DNA from: Lachnospiraceae bacterium
Lineage (GTDB): Bacteria > Bacillota > Clostridia > Lachnospirales > Lachnospiraceae
NCBI GenBank assembly: GCA_015056795.1
Contig: SVFO01000016.1
Span: forward strand, 11,131-75,130
DNA length: 64,000 nt
Direction: 5' to 3'
Part shown: positions 54,863-63,981 of the stretch, piece by piece
How positions within the stretch are numbered: the first letter of the stretch is position 1
How the letters are laid out: the number at the start of each line of letters is the position of its first letter
Program-made: the position numbers and the translations under genes
Notes under the pieces: generated by a model
Told to the model about the DNA's origin: nothing
The model's input: only the letters and a program-made list of their open reading frames with translations
Database searches by the model: none

Positions 54863-57856
54863 ATGGAAACAGAACAAAAGAATGATACCATAGAAGAACA
54901 GGAGACCGCGCAAGGGGCGACAGCAAGCGAGGCGACAACACCTGCAAGCGAGACGACAGCAAGTGGGGCGACAACAGCTGCAAGCGAGGCGACGCAGGAA
55001 ACAAAGGCCATAAACAATGGGCTGGACGTCTTTATCAGTTATTCTACGAAAAATAAAAACGTGGCAGATGCGGTGGTTGCGAACTTCGAACAGCACGGGA
55101 TCCGCTGTTGGTATGCACCGAGGGACATTCTCCCCGGACAGGAATGGGTGTCCGCGATCAAGGAGGCACTTCATAAGGCGAAGATTTTCGTCCTGATTTA
55201 CACGGATGAATCCAACGCCTCCAGACAGGTTATGAACGAGGTGGCGCTGGCCTTCAACGCCAATAAGACGATTGTGCCTTTCCGCCTGACCGAGGGCAAC
55301 ATGAATGATGAATTGGAATACTATCTTACCAGAGTGCATTGGCTTGACGCCGTATCAAAGCCTTTGGAGAGAAACATAGACGCACTGCGTAATTACGTGG
55401 AAGCGAACTTAAATCGCCCGAAAACGGAGGCGTCAGGTGCGAATGCGTCGCAAAGCGGAACGAGTCCTTCAGAGAAGGCTGGATCGAAGGATTCTAAAGC
55501 CGCTACGAACGCCGCAGGAAAGAAAAAGAGTAAGGCAGGCGTATGGATCGCCGTGGCAGCGGTTGCCGTATTGCTAATCGCGGGAGGAATTTTGGCCTAC
55601 CTTAAATTTCGAGGACCGAACAAGGAAGAGCTTATGGCATCAGGCTATAATACCCTCTTTTATACGGAGCAAGGCACAGAAAATAACGCGGCTGCTAAGG
55701 AAATTTACGAACAGGCAGTTAAGGCAGGCGTGGTGGACGCCTACTATTACCTTGGGCTGATCGAGACGAGAGCCTATGACTATAAGGCAGCTAAGGAATA
55801 TTACGAGCAAGGCGTTGACAAGGATAGCAATCTTTGCCGCCTTGGATTAGGATATTTGTATCAGAAAGGATATGGCGTCAAGGCTGACTCGGAGAAGGCT
55901 TGGAAGCTCTATAATGAAGCCTTGGACAACGGTTGCGTGGAGGCAGATTACTACCGCGCATTGATTGTGAAGGTCGGTCTTGCAAAACAGGAAATCAGCG
56001 GTACAAAGGCTGCGAAATATCTCAACAATGTGATTGACGAGAGCCAGGATCAGCACTTCGTTGCCTTGGCTTATAATCAATTGGGCCTATTGTATAAAAA
56101 TGGTACGGCAGACTTCGCAGAGGATAAGCAGGCTGCCATCCAAAATTTTGAAAAGATCACAGAGACCATGGACAGCACGGAAAACCGCTTTATGCAGGAA
56201 TATAATATCGGTTTAACATACCGCTCCATGGGTGAAGACGTTAAGGCAGGTGACCACTTCCGCGAGGCCTACGCAGCGCTCGAAAAGATGGCGGTCGCTG
56301 GCTCTCCCAATGCCATTTACTGGTGTGGCATCATGAAGCAATATGGCTATGGCTTTGACAGTGACTATGAAGAGGCGATTCGTCTGTACACGAAGGCGAA
56401 TGACACCGTAAAGGAACAAAATGATAGGGCTTGCTGCTATGAAGCCATGGAATATGCCGGAAAGATCTATGTTAATGGAGGGGGCAATGTCACGAAGGAT
56501 CTGGATAAGGCGTATGACTTCTTTAAGGAAGCAGCGGATGCAGGATATGGCGTTGCTGCGTACCAGATAGGACTACTTTACAATAATAACGGATATCAGG
56601 GAAAAGGTAAAGAAGCGGACACGGAAAATCCGAACTATGACATGGCAAGGCAGTGGTATGACAAGGCTACGGAATATGGCTGCGTTGATGCCTATGCCAA
56701 TATCGGATTACTCTATGGCACTGGTAAAGTCTTGCCGGAAGGAAATCAGAAAGCCGAAGACATAGCCATGGAATGGTATCAGAGGGGTGCAGATCTTGGA
56801 AGCGCAACATGTATTTATAACATGGGTGCAGTCTGTGAAGGTTTGAAGGAGTATGAAAAAGCCTTCTCTTACTTCGAAAAAGCAGCATATTTGGAGTATT
56901 TGAGCGCACAAAAGGCATTAGGCGTATATTACGAGAATGGCTGGGGAGTGGCAAAGGACGATCAGAAGGCATTAGAATGGTATCTCAAGGCTGCGGAGGG
57001 AAATAATACCTATGCATTGGAGAGATTGGCGAAAGCTTATTACTTTGAGAATCTTTCTGTCAAGAAAGATGTTGAAGAGTCATTTAAATGGGCTCTAAAA
57101 GGTGCGGAAAACGGGAATTCCTATTGCATGTATTTCGTTGGCTGTTTGTATAGAGGCGGTGAGGGGACAGAACAAGACCTTGTTGCGGCAAATAGTTGGT
57201 TTGCAAAAGGCGCCGTGGCTGGGGATAAGTTTGCCATGTATGATTATGCAAAGGCGCTTGAAAAAGGCTCTGAGGGCATAGAACAAAATGAAAAAGAAGC
57301 GATTAAGTGGTATTTGAAGTCGGCGGAATTGGGATATAACTATGCTATGGCACATCTGGCAGATTATTATCGTAAGAATAATGAGGAAGAAAAAGCCTTT
57401 ACCTGGTATCTGAAATGTGCGGATACAGGATATGAAAGTATGAACCTGTACAAATACCTGGGGCAGTATTACCGTCAGGGGAAGGGAACGACGAAGAATG
57501 AGGACGAAGCGTTCAATTGGCTTAGCAAGGCGTATGATGCTGGCGCAACCTTGGATAAGGATGACCTTCGGTTCTTGACCTTCCGTTTTTATCCAGACGA
57601 TAAAAAGAGTTCGTTCCCGTATGCCAAGGCTGGGGCAGAAGCAGGAGAGGCTCTTTGCATGGCTGTCCTGGGTCAATTATATGAACTTGGAGAGGGAACG
57701 ACATCTGATATTAAGCTTGCGTTAAAATGGAATGGGGAAGCGATTCTTTCAGGAAACCTAAGTGAATCCAATTTAGAGGTCTGCAGAAATCGAATCAATC
57801 GATATGTGCAGGAGGGCTTGATCACCGAAGAGGAAGCGGCTCCCTATCTTCAGTAA
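54863..57856 (+). CDS. TIR domain, single TM helix and about 750-aa Sel1-like repeat (SLR) protein
   Basis: TIR: LDVFISYSTKNKNVADAV...WYAPRDILPGQEW...SNASRQVMNEVALAF. TM: GVWIAVAAVAVLLIAGGILAYL. Many A..YY.LG..Y..G.GV..D...A..WY.KAA..G repeats. Confidence 0.85.
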   Translation: METEQKNDTIEEQETAQGATASEATTPASETTASGATTAASEATQETKAINNGLDVFISYSTKNKNVADAVVANFEQHGIRCWYAPRDILPGQEWVSAIKEALHKAKIFVLIYTDESNASRQVMNEVALAFNANKTIVPFRLTEGNMNDELEYYLTRVHWLDAVSKPLERNIDALRNYVEANLNRPKTEASGANASQSGTSPSEKAGSKDSKAATNAAGKKKSKAGVWIAVAAVAVLLIAGGILAYLKFRGPNKEELMASGYNTLFYTEQGTENNAAAKEIYEQAVKAGVVDAYYYLGLIETRAYDYKAAKEYYEQGVDKDSNLCRLGLGYLYQKGYGVKADSEKAWKLYNEALDNGCVEADYYRALIVKVGLAKQEISGTKAAKYLNNVIDESQDQHFVALAYNQLGLLYKNGTADFAEDKQAAIQNFEKITETMDSTENRFMQEYNIGLTYRSMGEDVKAGDHFREAYAALEKMAVAGSPNAIYWCGIMKQYGYGFDSDYEEAIRLYTKANDTVKEQNDRACCYEAMEYAGKIYVNGGGNVTKDLDKAYDFFKEAADAGYGVAAYQIGLLYNNNGYQGKGKEADTENPNYDMARQWYDKATEYGCVDAYANIGLLYGTGKVLPEGNQKAEDIAMEWYQRGADLGSATCIYNMGAVCEGLKEYEKAFSYFEKAAYLEYLSAQKALGVYYENGWGVAKDDQKALEWYLKAAEGNNTYALERLAKAYYFENLSVKKDVEESFKWALKGAENGNSYCMYFVGCLYRGGEGTEQDLVAANSWFAKGAVAGDKFAMYDYAKALEKGSEGIEQNEKEAIKWYLKSAELGYNYAMAHLADYYRKNNEEEKAFTWYLKCADTGYESMNLYKYLGQYYRQGKGTTKNEDEAFNWLSKAYDAGATLDKDDLRFLTFRFYPDDKKSSFPYAKAGAEAGEALCMAVLGQLYELGEGTTSDIKLALKWNGEAILSGNLSESNLEVCRNRINRYVQEGLITEEEAAPYLQ

Positions 57857-57921
57857 AATTGGTTTCGATATCGTACTATATATGATTGAATTTATAATGA
57901 ATGGAAACGGAGCAGTAGTTC

Positions 57922-58716
57922 ATGAAATATTTTGGCGGTTGTGACGTGGGTTCTACTTATACGAAGGCGGTGATCCTGGACGAGACGGGGAAAATGGTCT
58001 CGTCTGCGACGATCCGCAGCAAAATTCGCGCGGAGGAGTCGGCGAGAAGCGCCATGCAGGAGGTTCTTACGGCAGCAGGCCTTCAGGATTCGAAGGATCT
58101 GACTTACCTGATCGGTACGGGCTACGGACGAAACAAGGTGCCCTTTGCGGATGAAAACGTATCGGAGATTTCCTGCCATGCCATGGGCGTGCACGTGACG
58201 GATCCGAGCGTTAAGGCGATCATTGACATCGGCGGTCAGGACGTCAAGGGCATTGCCGTGGATACGGACGGAACCGTCAAGAATTTCGCGATGAATGACA
58301 AGTGTGCGGCAGGAACGGGGCGCTTTTATGAGGCGATGGCGCGCTCCTTTGAGATGGAGCTTCCGGAGTTTTCAAAGCTTTCGCTTAAGGCAAAGAACGT
58401 GATTCCGATCACGGCGCAGTGTACCGTGTTTGCGGAGTCGGAGGTCATCAGTCTTGTCGGTGAGGGAAAGCCCATGGAGGAGATCGCGGCAGGCATTCAG
58501 ATGGCGGTGGCAAAGCGCTGCTTCGTCATGGCAAAGAAAGCGGGAGCCGTGGACAGTATTGCGCTGACGGGCGGCTGCGCAAAGAATGACGGATTAAAGG
58601 CCGCGATTGAAAAGGTTTTAAAGATCAAGGTCATTGAGCTGAAGGTGGATCCCCAGCTCATGGGGGCGCTTGGCGCGGCAGAATTTGCAAGGCAAAAGGG
58701 CCTGAAAATGGCTTGA
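57922..58716 (+). CDS. 2-hydroxyacyl-CoA dehydratase/benzoyl-CoA reductase-type activase (BcrAD_BadFG ATPase)
   Basis: GCDVGSTYTKAV, IDIGGQD, NDKCAAGTGRF and QCTVFAESE motifs. Confidence 0.9.
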   Translation: MKYFGGCDVGSTYTKAVILDETGKMVSSATIRSKIRAEESARSAMQEVLTAAGLQDSKDLTYLIGTGYGRNKVPFADENVSEISCHAMGVHVTDPSVKAIIDIGGQDVKGIAVDTDGTVKNFAMNDKCAAGTGRFYEAMARSFEMELPEFSKLSLKAKNVIPITAQCTVFAESEVISLVGEGKPMEEIAAGIQMAVAKRCFVMAKKAGAVDSIALTGGCAKNDGLKAAIEKVLKIKVIELKVDPQLMGALGAAEFARQKGLKMA

Positions 58717-58741
58717 CGGACAGCTGACGGAGGTAGCGTTT

Positions 58742-59914
58742 ATGTATTATGCAAGCTTTGGAATGCTGGCACTAGTAGTGATTCTTATCATTAATTATGC
58801 GGCGTTGAAAAACCAGAAGAATGCAAGAAGGCCCATGGTAAGAAGCAGGTATCGCCGGTTCCTGATTGTCATCATGGCGTACCTGATCACGGACGCCCTG
58901 TGGGGAATCCTATATGACCTGCAGTACGTCGCGCTGACTTACGTTGACACAGTCATTTACTTCCTTCTGATGGTGGCTTCCCTGCTCTTGTGGACCAGAT
59001 TTGTAGTTTCTTATTTGGAAAATAAAGGTGTTTTTGAGAAGCTTTTGCTCATTGCGGGTTATCTTCTTGCAGTCTACTCGATCGTTATGCTTGGCATTAA
59101 TTTTTATACGCCGATCGCGTTTGGTTTTGATGAGCAGGGGCAATATTTTCCCGGGCGGGCAAGATTTATCCTGTTAATTGCGCAGGTCGGACTGTTCCTG
59201 GCGACCTCTGCTTACACGCTGATCATTGCATATAGGCTGAGCGGTCTTGCCAGATCCCGTTACAGGGCCATAGGTATATCCGGCATTGTCATGATGACCT
59301 TCGTTGTCCTGCAGTCTGTCTGGCCCCTGCTGCCGCTTTATGGCGTTGGATGCCTGTTGGCAACCTGCGTCATTCATACCTTCGTTTACTCCGACGAAAT
59401 GACGGAGCATACGCAAGAAATGGATTCTGCAAAGCAGATGGCGTATTTTGATGCCTTGACGGGTGCGCATAACAAATTGGCGTATCAGGAAAAGGAGACG
59501 GAGATAGACTCGGAATTAGTCAGCGGATCCCTGAAGGCTTTTGGCGTGATTGTATTTGATTTGAATGGCCTGAAAAGGGTCAACGACACGCGGGGACATG
59601 AGGCCGGAGATGAATACATTAAGCAGGCCTGTCATGAGATCAGCGGGAAGTTTACGCACAGCCCCCTCTACCGTATCGGCGGAGACGAGTTTGTTGTGAT
59701 TCTCGAGGGGCGTGATTATGTGGACAGAAATCGTCTGCTTCTGACGTTCGAGGAGGAGATCGAGAACAACCAGGAGGAAGGACGAGTCGTGGTCTCAAGC
59801 GGGATGGGCGTATTCAAGCCATATGACGACAAATGCTACAATGACGTGTTTGTGCGGGCGGACAGAAAGATGTATGAGAGAAAAGGGTATTTAAAGGGAT
59901 TGGCGAAGGAATAA
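58742..59914 (+). CDS. Membrane-anchored diguanylate cyclase (GGDEF)
   Basis: About 6-7 N-terminal TM helices. DALTGAHNK, LNGLKRVND and RIGGDEFVV motifs. Confidence 0.9.
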   Translation: MYYASFGMLALVVILIINYAALKNQKNARRPMVRSRYRRFLIVIMAYLITDALWGILYDLQYVALTYVDTVIYFLLMVASLLLWTRFVVSYLENKGVFEKLLLIAGYLLAVYSIVMLGINFYTPIAFGFDEQGQYFPGRARFILLIAQVGLFLATSAYTLIIAYRLSGLARSRYRAIGISGIVMMTFVVLQSVWPLLPLYGVGCLLATCVIHTFVYSDEMTEHTQEMDSAKQMAYFDALTGAHNKLAYQEKETEIDSELVSGSLKAFGVIVFDLNGLKRVNDTRGHEAGDEYIKQACHEISGKFTHSPLYRIGGDEFVVILEGRDYVDRNRLLLTFEEEIENNQEEGRVVVSSGMGVFKPYDDKCYNDVFVRADRKMYERKGYLKGLAKE

Positions 59915-59926
59915 GGGGCGACGGGT

Positions 59927-60853
59927 ATGATGCAATTATATGATTCCATGATTCTTCGCGTAAGAGACCTGCTAAGTGGCATGCCTATGGCGTGCCATTC
60001 CTATGATGAGGGGAAGGCATGGCCTGAAAATGCAGACTTTGAGATCCTGTTTCAGAAGGATGTCGCGTATGAATTGGGCGGCGGAAGGACGATGAGTGCA
60101 AACCTGACCTGTGTGACGGAGAATGCAAGGCTGTTTGCAGGGAGCCCCGCGAATTCTGCAGGCGGGGAGGAAACGGAAGGTCAGGCGCCTGTAAAAGAAC
60201 AGACGTCGGCAGAAGAACCGATGGCTGTAAAGGATCAAATCGTGGTTTATGGACCTGATTTGCAGGAGCTTCAAGGAAACGTAAGCTACGCCAGAATTTG
60301 CGAGATATTGGTAAGAGGACAAGAAGAAAAAGAGGGGCTCGAAGAAAGCCTGAAATCTGCAGACATAAAACGGGAGGCCGATTTAGAACGGGAGGCCGAT
60401 TCGGGGCGAACGCTCAAACTCTTACAGGACCTTGATTTTGTAAAGTTTCATGTCTATGGGAAGGGGTTTATGATGCGTACCTCGGGGCAGTCGGCAAGGG
60501 AGCCGGTACGTGTTTCCAAGAAGGCCCTGCAGGACGGAATTTCGTTCGAACGGATGGGAAATACCTTTATTTCCCATTATAAGAAAAATCCGAACGTTCT
60601 TGCCGTTCGGGTAAGCTTTATCACTGCTGAGGGATTTGACTATGCGAAGCTTTCCGAGGAGGGAAGGATTGCCGTAGAGATCCGAAACTCTCTCTCGAAG
60701 ATTCAAAAAGGGTTGCCGACGGAATGCTCCGTCTGTGACATTCGCGAGATTTGTAATGAGGTCGAGGGACTTCGGGAGCTCCACTTTGGAAAGCAGGAAA
60801 AGAAGGCTGATGCCAGGCAGCAGGTACTGACAGAGAGGGCAAAACTATTCTAA
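59927..60853 (+). CDS. Uncharacterised protein; possible homologue of the central domain of acetyl-CoA synthase (AcsB/CdhC)
   Basis: KDVAYELGGG, QIVVYGPDLQEL and VRVSKKALQDGISFERMG blocks resemble my recollection of the Moorella AcsB middle domain. C-terminal CSVCDIREIC motif. Not verified. Confidence 0.35.
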   Translation: MMQLYDSMILRVRDLLSGMPMACHSYDEGKAWPENADFEILFQKDVAYELGGGRTMSANLTCVTENARLFAGSPANSAGGEETEGQAPVKEQTSAEEPMAVKDQIVVYGPDLQELQGNVSYARICEILVRGQEEKEGLEESLKSADIKREADLEREADSGRTLKLLQDLDFVKFHVYGKGFMMRTSGQSAREPVRVSKKALQDGISFERMGNTFISHYKKNPNVLAVRVSFITAEGFDYAKLSEEGRIAVEIRNSLSKIQKGLPTECSVCDIREICNEVEGLRELHFGKQEKKADARQQVLTERAKLF

Positions 60854-60963
60854 GGCTAAGATTGATAAAACAAGGAAACGATTAAGCCTGGAATGCTAAG
60901 GCTAAAAATGTAAGGTTTAAAATCATATAAAGCTGAATGGAAAGAAATGGCTCAAAGGTTTAT

Positions 60964-61164
60964 TTATGCTTGCTCCGTGGGACGGACATAGACAAAGTTC
61001 TCCACGAGATCCACGTGTGCGATTTCGCCCTTGACCGTGGTCGGTATGCCCAGGACATTTTTTAGGATTAGCTGATTATTTTCCCTGGTGATGGATGCAA
61101 CATTTTTACAGAGCAGTTCCTTTTCCTGATTTGATTTGACAAGATATACGGTGGAAAGACACAT
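60964..61164 (-). CDS. cooT: CooT-family nickel-binding protein
   Basis: 66 aa, N-terminal Met-Cys (MCLSTVYL...), and a small beta-barrel-like pattern typical of CooT. Starts 11 nt after the His-rich gene. Confidence 0.7.
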   Translation of the reverse strand: MCLSTVYLVKSNQEKELLCKNVASITRENNQLILKNVLGIPTTVKGEIAHVDLVENFVYVRPTEQA

Positions 61165-61175
61165 GTCGGTTCTCC

Positions 61176-61562
61176 TTATGCATGGTTTTTCATTTCATCC
61201 AGCGCAAGCTCTAGCTGTTTGTTTCCTTCATCAAAAAGCGAAATCGCCTTCGTCAGGGCTTCCCTGGCAGTGCCATCTGCCTGCTTGGCGAGCTCGGACA
61301 GCTCCTCGGCATGGTGCTGATTATGAGACACCATATAGGACAGGAGCGCTAAAAGCTCTTCTCGTGAGACGGAAGTCTCCTTGGATGAATGGTCATGGCA
61401 TTCGTGATGATGGTCATGGCTCTCATGGCTGTGTTCATGGTTTTCGTGATGATGGTCATGGCTCTCGTGGCTGTGGTCATGGTTTTCGTGATGATGGTCA
61501 TGGCTCTCGTGGCTATGATCATGGCATTCGTGATGATCATGAATTTCGTGATTTTCCTGCAT
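61176..61562 (-). CDS. Histidine-rich metal-binding protein (128 aa)
   Basis: ATG at 61562 has AGGAGG 5 nt upstream. The first roughly 55 aa are HDHHECHDHSHESHDHHHENHDHSHESHDHHHENHEHSHESHDHHHECHDHS, followed by a helical C-terminal domain. Confidence 0.75.
   Translation of the reverse strand: MQENHEIHDHHECHDHSHESHDHHHENHDHSHESHDHHHENHEHSHESHDHHHECHDHSSKETSVSREELLALLSYMVSHNQHHAEELSELAKQADGTAREALTKAISLFDEGNKQLELALDEMKNHA
61390..61560. repeat. 42-bp in-frame tandem repeat (about 4 copies) encoding the His-rich tract
   Basis: TCGTGATGATGGTCATGGCTCTC recurs at 61402, 61444, 61486 (and diverged at 61528), period 42. Confidence 0.9.
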
Positions 61563-61753
61563 GGCATCCTCCTTTAGGAAGCAAGTGTTTTTGGCAAATA
61601 TTTTGTATGGGATGTATGCCAACCTTTATTTTGCATTCATTTTAGCATGAAGGAATGAGTAAGTCAAACATATGAAGGATACGAAAGCTTTGATCAGAAT
61701 ACATAAGCCAGTGTATAACTGAAAAATACGAAAATTTGGGGGGAGAATTTCAG

Positions 61754-62743
61754 ATGAAAAAGAATGACGAGTCCTTTACAATTGATAAAGGCCTGGCCCT
61801 GGGCCTGGCATTTGTGGTATTACTTAGAGGAATCCTGGAGGTGTTCTTCGCTTCCAAGCTGAAATCTTCGGCGTTTACGCAGGGCCTGCGAACGCTTGGA
61901 TGGGGACTTTTTGCGGCAAGTTTTTTTTGTTTGGTGATCCGGTTTTTCAAAAATGCGTTGGGGAAGGCCAAGGGAAGGATGCTTCTTTGTCTGGCAGCCC
62001 TTCTCATAGCGCTGGGGATTATAATGTTGATCCTTTCCATCAACCAGAGTGCACTGTCAGCACGTTTAGTGATCGACTTTCTGATTTCTATTGACGGATC
62101 CAAGCCGGTTCTTGGAATCATAGCCATCGTTTTTCTCCTTCTTCTTTTGGTGGGAACGATTGGTAGTGCCGTTTTGCTGACAAAGGAAGCAAGCACCAAG
62201 TCAGGCTTTTCGTGGCTTTTCTTGGCAGCGATTTTTTCAAATCTAGCCGTTTTAGTGCTGCGACACAAGTGGGCGATCATTTTAGTTGGCGCTGTAGTGA
62301 TCATCATAAATCTTGCATCCGGTTCTTCCAAGAGAAAGAGACGGGGATCATCTTCTTATTACAGGACAAGCAGCTCTTCGCCCTCTACAAGCTCCTATTC
62401 CTCTACGCCCCGGAGTACCTATTCCTCCACGTCCCAGAATACCTATTCCTCTTCCTCTGGTTCGCAGAGCTCTTCCGGTTCGGATCATCACCGGGATGAT
62501 GCTGAGATCAGAAGATATGAGGGACTGCTAGACAATGTAAAGGATGGCATAAAAGATAAAGAACGGGCGTTGTCCGATTTTAGGAGCAATCTGAATTCTG
62601 CAGTGAAAAACGGTGGAAGGAGTGGTCTGTATACGGCTGATGAATATCGTGACATGATCCGTAATACGGAGTATGCGCTGGATGATTTGGTTCGAAGGAA
62701 AAAGGAATACGAGAACGAGATTGCAAGACTTAAGAGGGGATAA
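61754..62743 (+). CDS. Membrane protein (about 6 TM) with Ser/Tyr/Thr-rich linker and charged helical C-terminus
   Basis: Hydrophobic N-terminal 200 aa, then SSSYYRTSSSSPSTSSYSSTPRSTYSSTSQNTYSSSSGSQSSSGS, then a helical tail. GGGGGAG SD. Confidence 0.55.
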   Translation: MKKNDESFTIDKGLALGLAFVVLLRGILEVFFASKLKSSAFTQGLRTLGWGLFAASFFCLVIRFFKNALGKAKGRMLLCLAALLIALGIIMLILSINQSALSARLVIDFLISIDGSKPVLGIIAIVFLLLLLVGTIGSAVLLTKEASTKSGFSWLFLAAIFSNLAVLVLRHKWAIILVGAVVIIINLASGSSKRKRRGSSSYYRTSSSSPSTSSYSSTPRSTYSSTSQNTYSSSSGSQSSSGSDHHRDDAEIRRYEGLLDNVKDGIKDKERALSDFRSNLNSAVKNGGRSGLYTADEYRDMIRNTEYALDDLVRRKKEYENEIARLKRG

Positions 62744-62789
62744 ACAGATCCATACATAAGCCAACAACGATGAAATACGTGAGGTTAGC

Positions 62790-63974
62790 ATGAGAGATTT
62801 AAAGCATTTGTATTATTTTGAGAATTTATTACAATCGGCAAACAATGACCTGGTGCAGGAGGCAAAGAGCGAGGGCCGGATCTGCGTAGCCTATCTGTGC
62901 GAGAATACTCCGGAGCCCCTGATGAACCTTGGTAACTCTTTTGGCGTGCGGCTGTTTGCACCCAACACGGGATCCATGGACATCGCCTCCTATTACATGA
63001 CAAATCTTCTTTGTGAGACGGTGCGGGCGATCTTAGAGCGCGCCGTGGAGGGCGGTTATAATTTTGCAGATTGCCTGATCGCACCGGACGGCTGCACCAT
63101 GATGAACCGATGCGCTGAGAACATGGAGCTTTTGCATGCCATGGAGGGGAATGAAAGGTTCTTTTATGAGCATATGGAGATTCCCTTTAAGGCGGACGAT
63201 AACGGCGTAAAGCTCCTTACATTGCAATGCAAAAACCATATTTTGAAACCGCTCTCCGAGGTTTATGGCATCGACGTATCTGACGAGTCGATCCGGAAGG
63301 CCGTGGAGGTACATAACCGGGTTTGCGAGCTGATCCGTGCCATTGGAGAATTTCGTAAGGAGGAAAAGCCGAGGATCACGGGCTACGAGTTTGCGGTGTT
63401 GACACTTGCAACCTATGTCTGCCCGAAGGAGCTTCTCCTTGACAAATTGGAGGAGACCTTGGAAGAGCTAAGGACCAGAGAGCCGGACGATAAGAAATGG
63501 CGCGCAAGGCTTGTGGTGGTTGGATCGGAGATGGATGATCCCGAGTACATTAAGCTGATTGAGGAATGCGGCGCCTATGTCTGCGCAGACAGGTATTGCT
63601 TTGGCTCGTTCCCGGGCAGGGATCCGATTGCGCTGACGGAGGACCGGGATGCCCTGACGCAGGTTTGCGAGCATTATGTCTATCACGGCCAGTGTCCGCG
63701 CCAGATGAACATGGAAAAGGTTTACGGGCGTAAGGCTTACGTGGCGGAGCTGGCGAAGGAATTCCATGCGGACGGTGTTATCTATAATCAGGTGAAATTC
63801 TGCGATCCCTGGGCATACGAGCGCCTGACAGGCACCACGGCCCTGCGTGAGGACTTTGGTTATCCCGTGCTCTCCGTGGACAGACCCTATAACATCCGTT
63901 CCTCTGAAGGGCAGATGCGCACCAGAGTGCAGGCCTTTATCGAGAGCATAGAGATCAAGAAGCTTCGAAAGTAG
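62790..63974 (+). CDS. 2-hydroxyacyl-CoA dehydratase family subunit (HGD-D / HgdB-FldC-like)
   Basis: Family-like blocks AYLCENTPEPL, APDGCTMMNRC and VIYNQVKFCDPWAYE...GYPVLSVD. Confidence 0.8.
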   Translation: MRDLKHLYYFENLLQSANNDLVQEAKSEGRICVAYLCENTPEPLMNLGNSFGVRLFAPNTGSMDIASYYMTNLLCETVRAILERAVEGGYNFADCLIAPDGCTMMNRCAENMELLHAMEGNERFFYEHMEIPFKADDNGVKLLTLQCKNHILKPLSEVYGIDVSDESIRKAVEVHNRVCELIRAIGEFRKEEKPRITGYEFAVLTLATYVCPKELLLDKLEETLEELRTREPDDKKWRARLVVVGSEMDDPEYIKLIEECGAYVCADRYCFGSFPGRDPIALTEDRDALTQVCEHYVYHGQCPRQMNMEKVYGRKAYVAELAKEFHADGVIYNQVKFCDPWAYERLTGTTALREDFGYPVLSVDRPYNIRSSEGQMRTRVQAFIESIEIKKLRK

Positions 63975-63981
63975 GGGAAGG

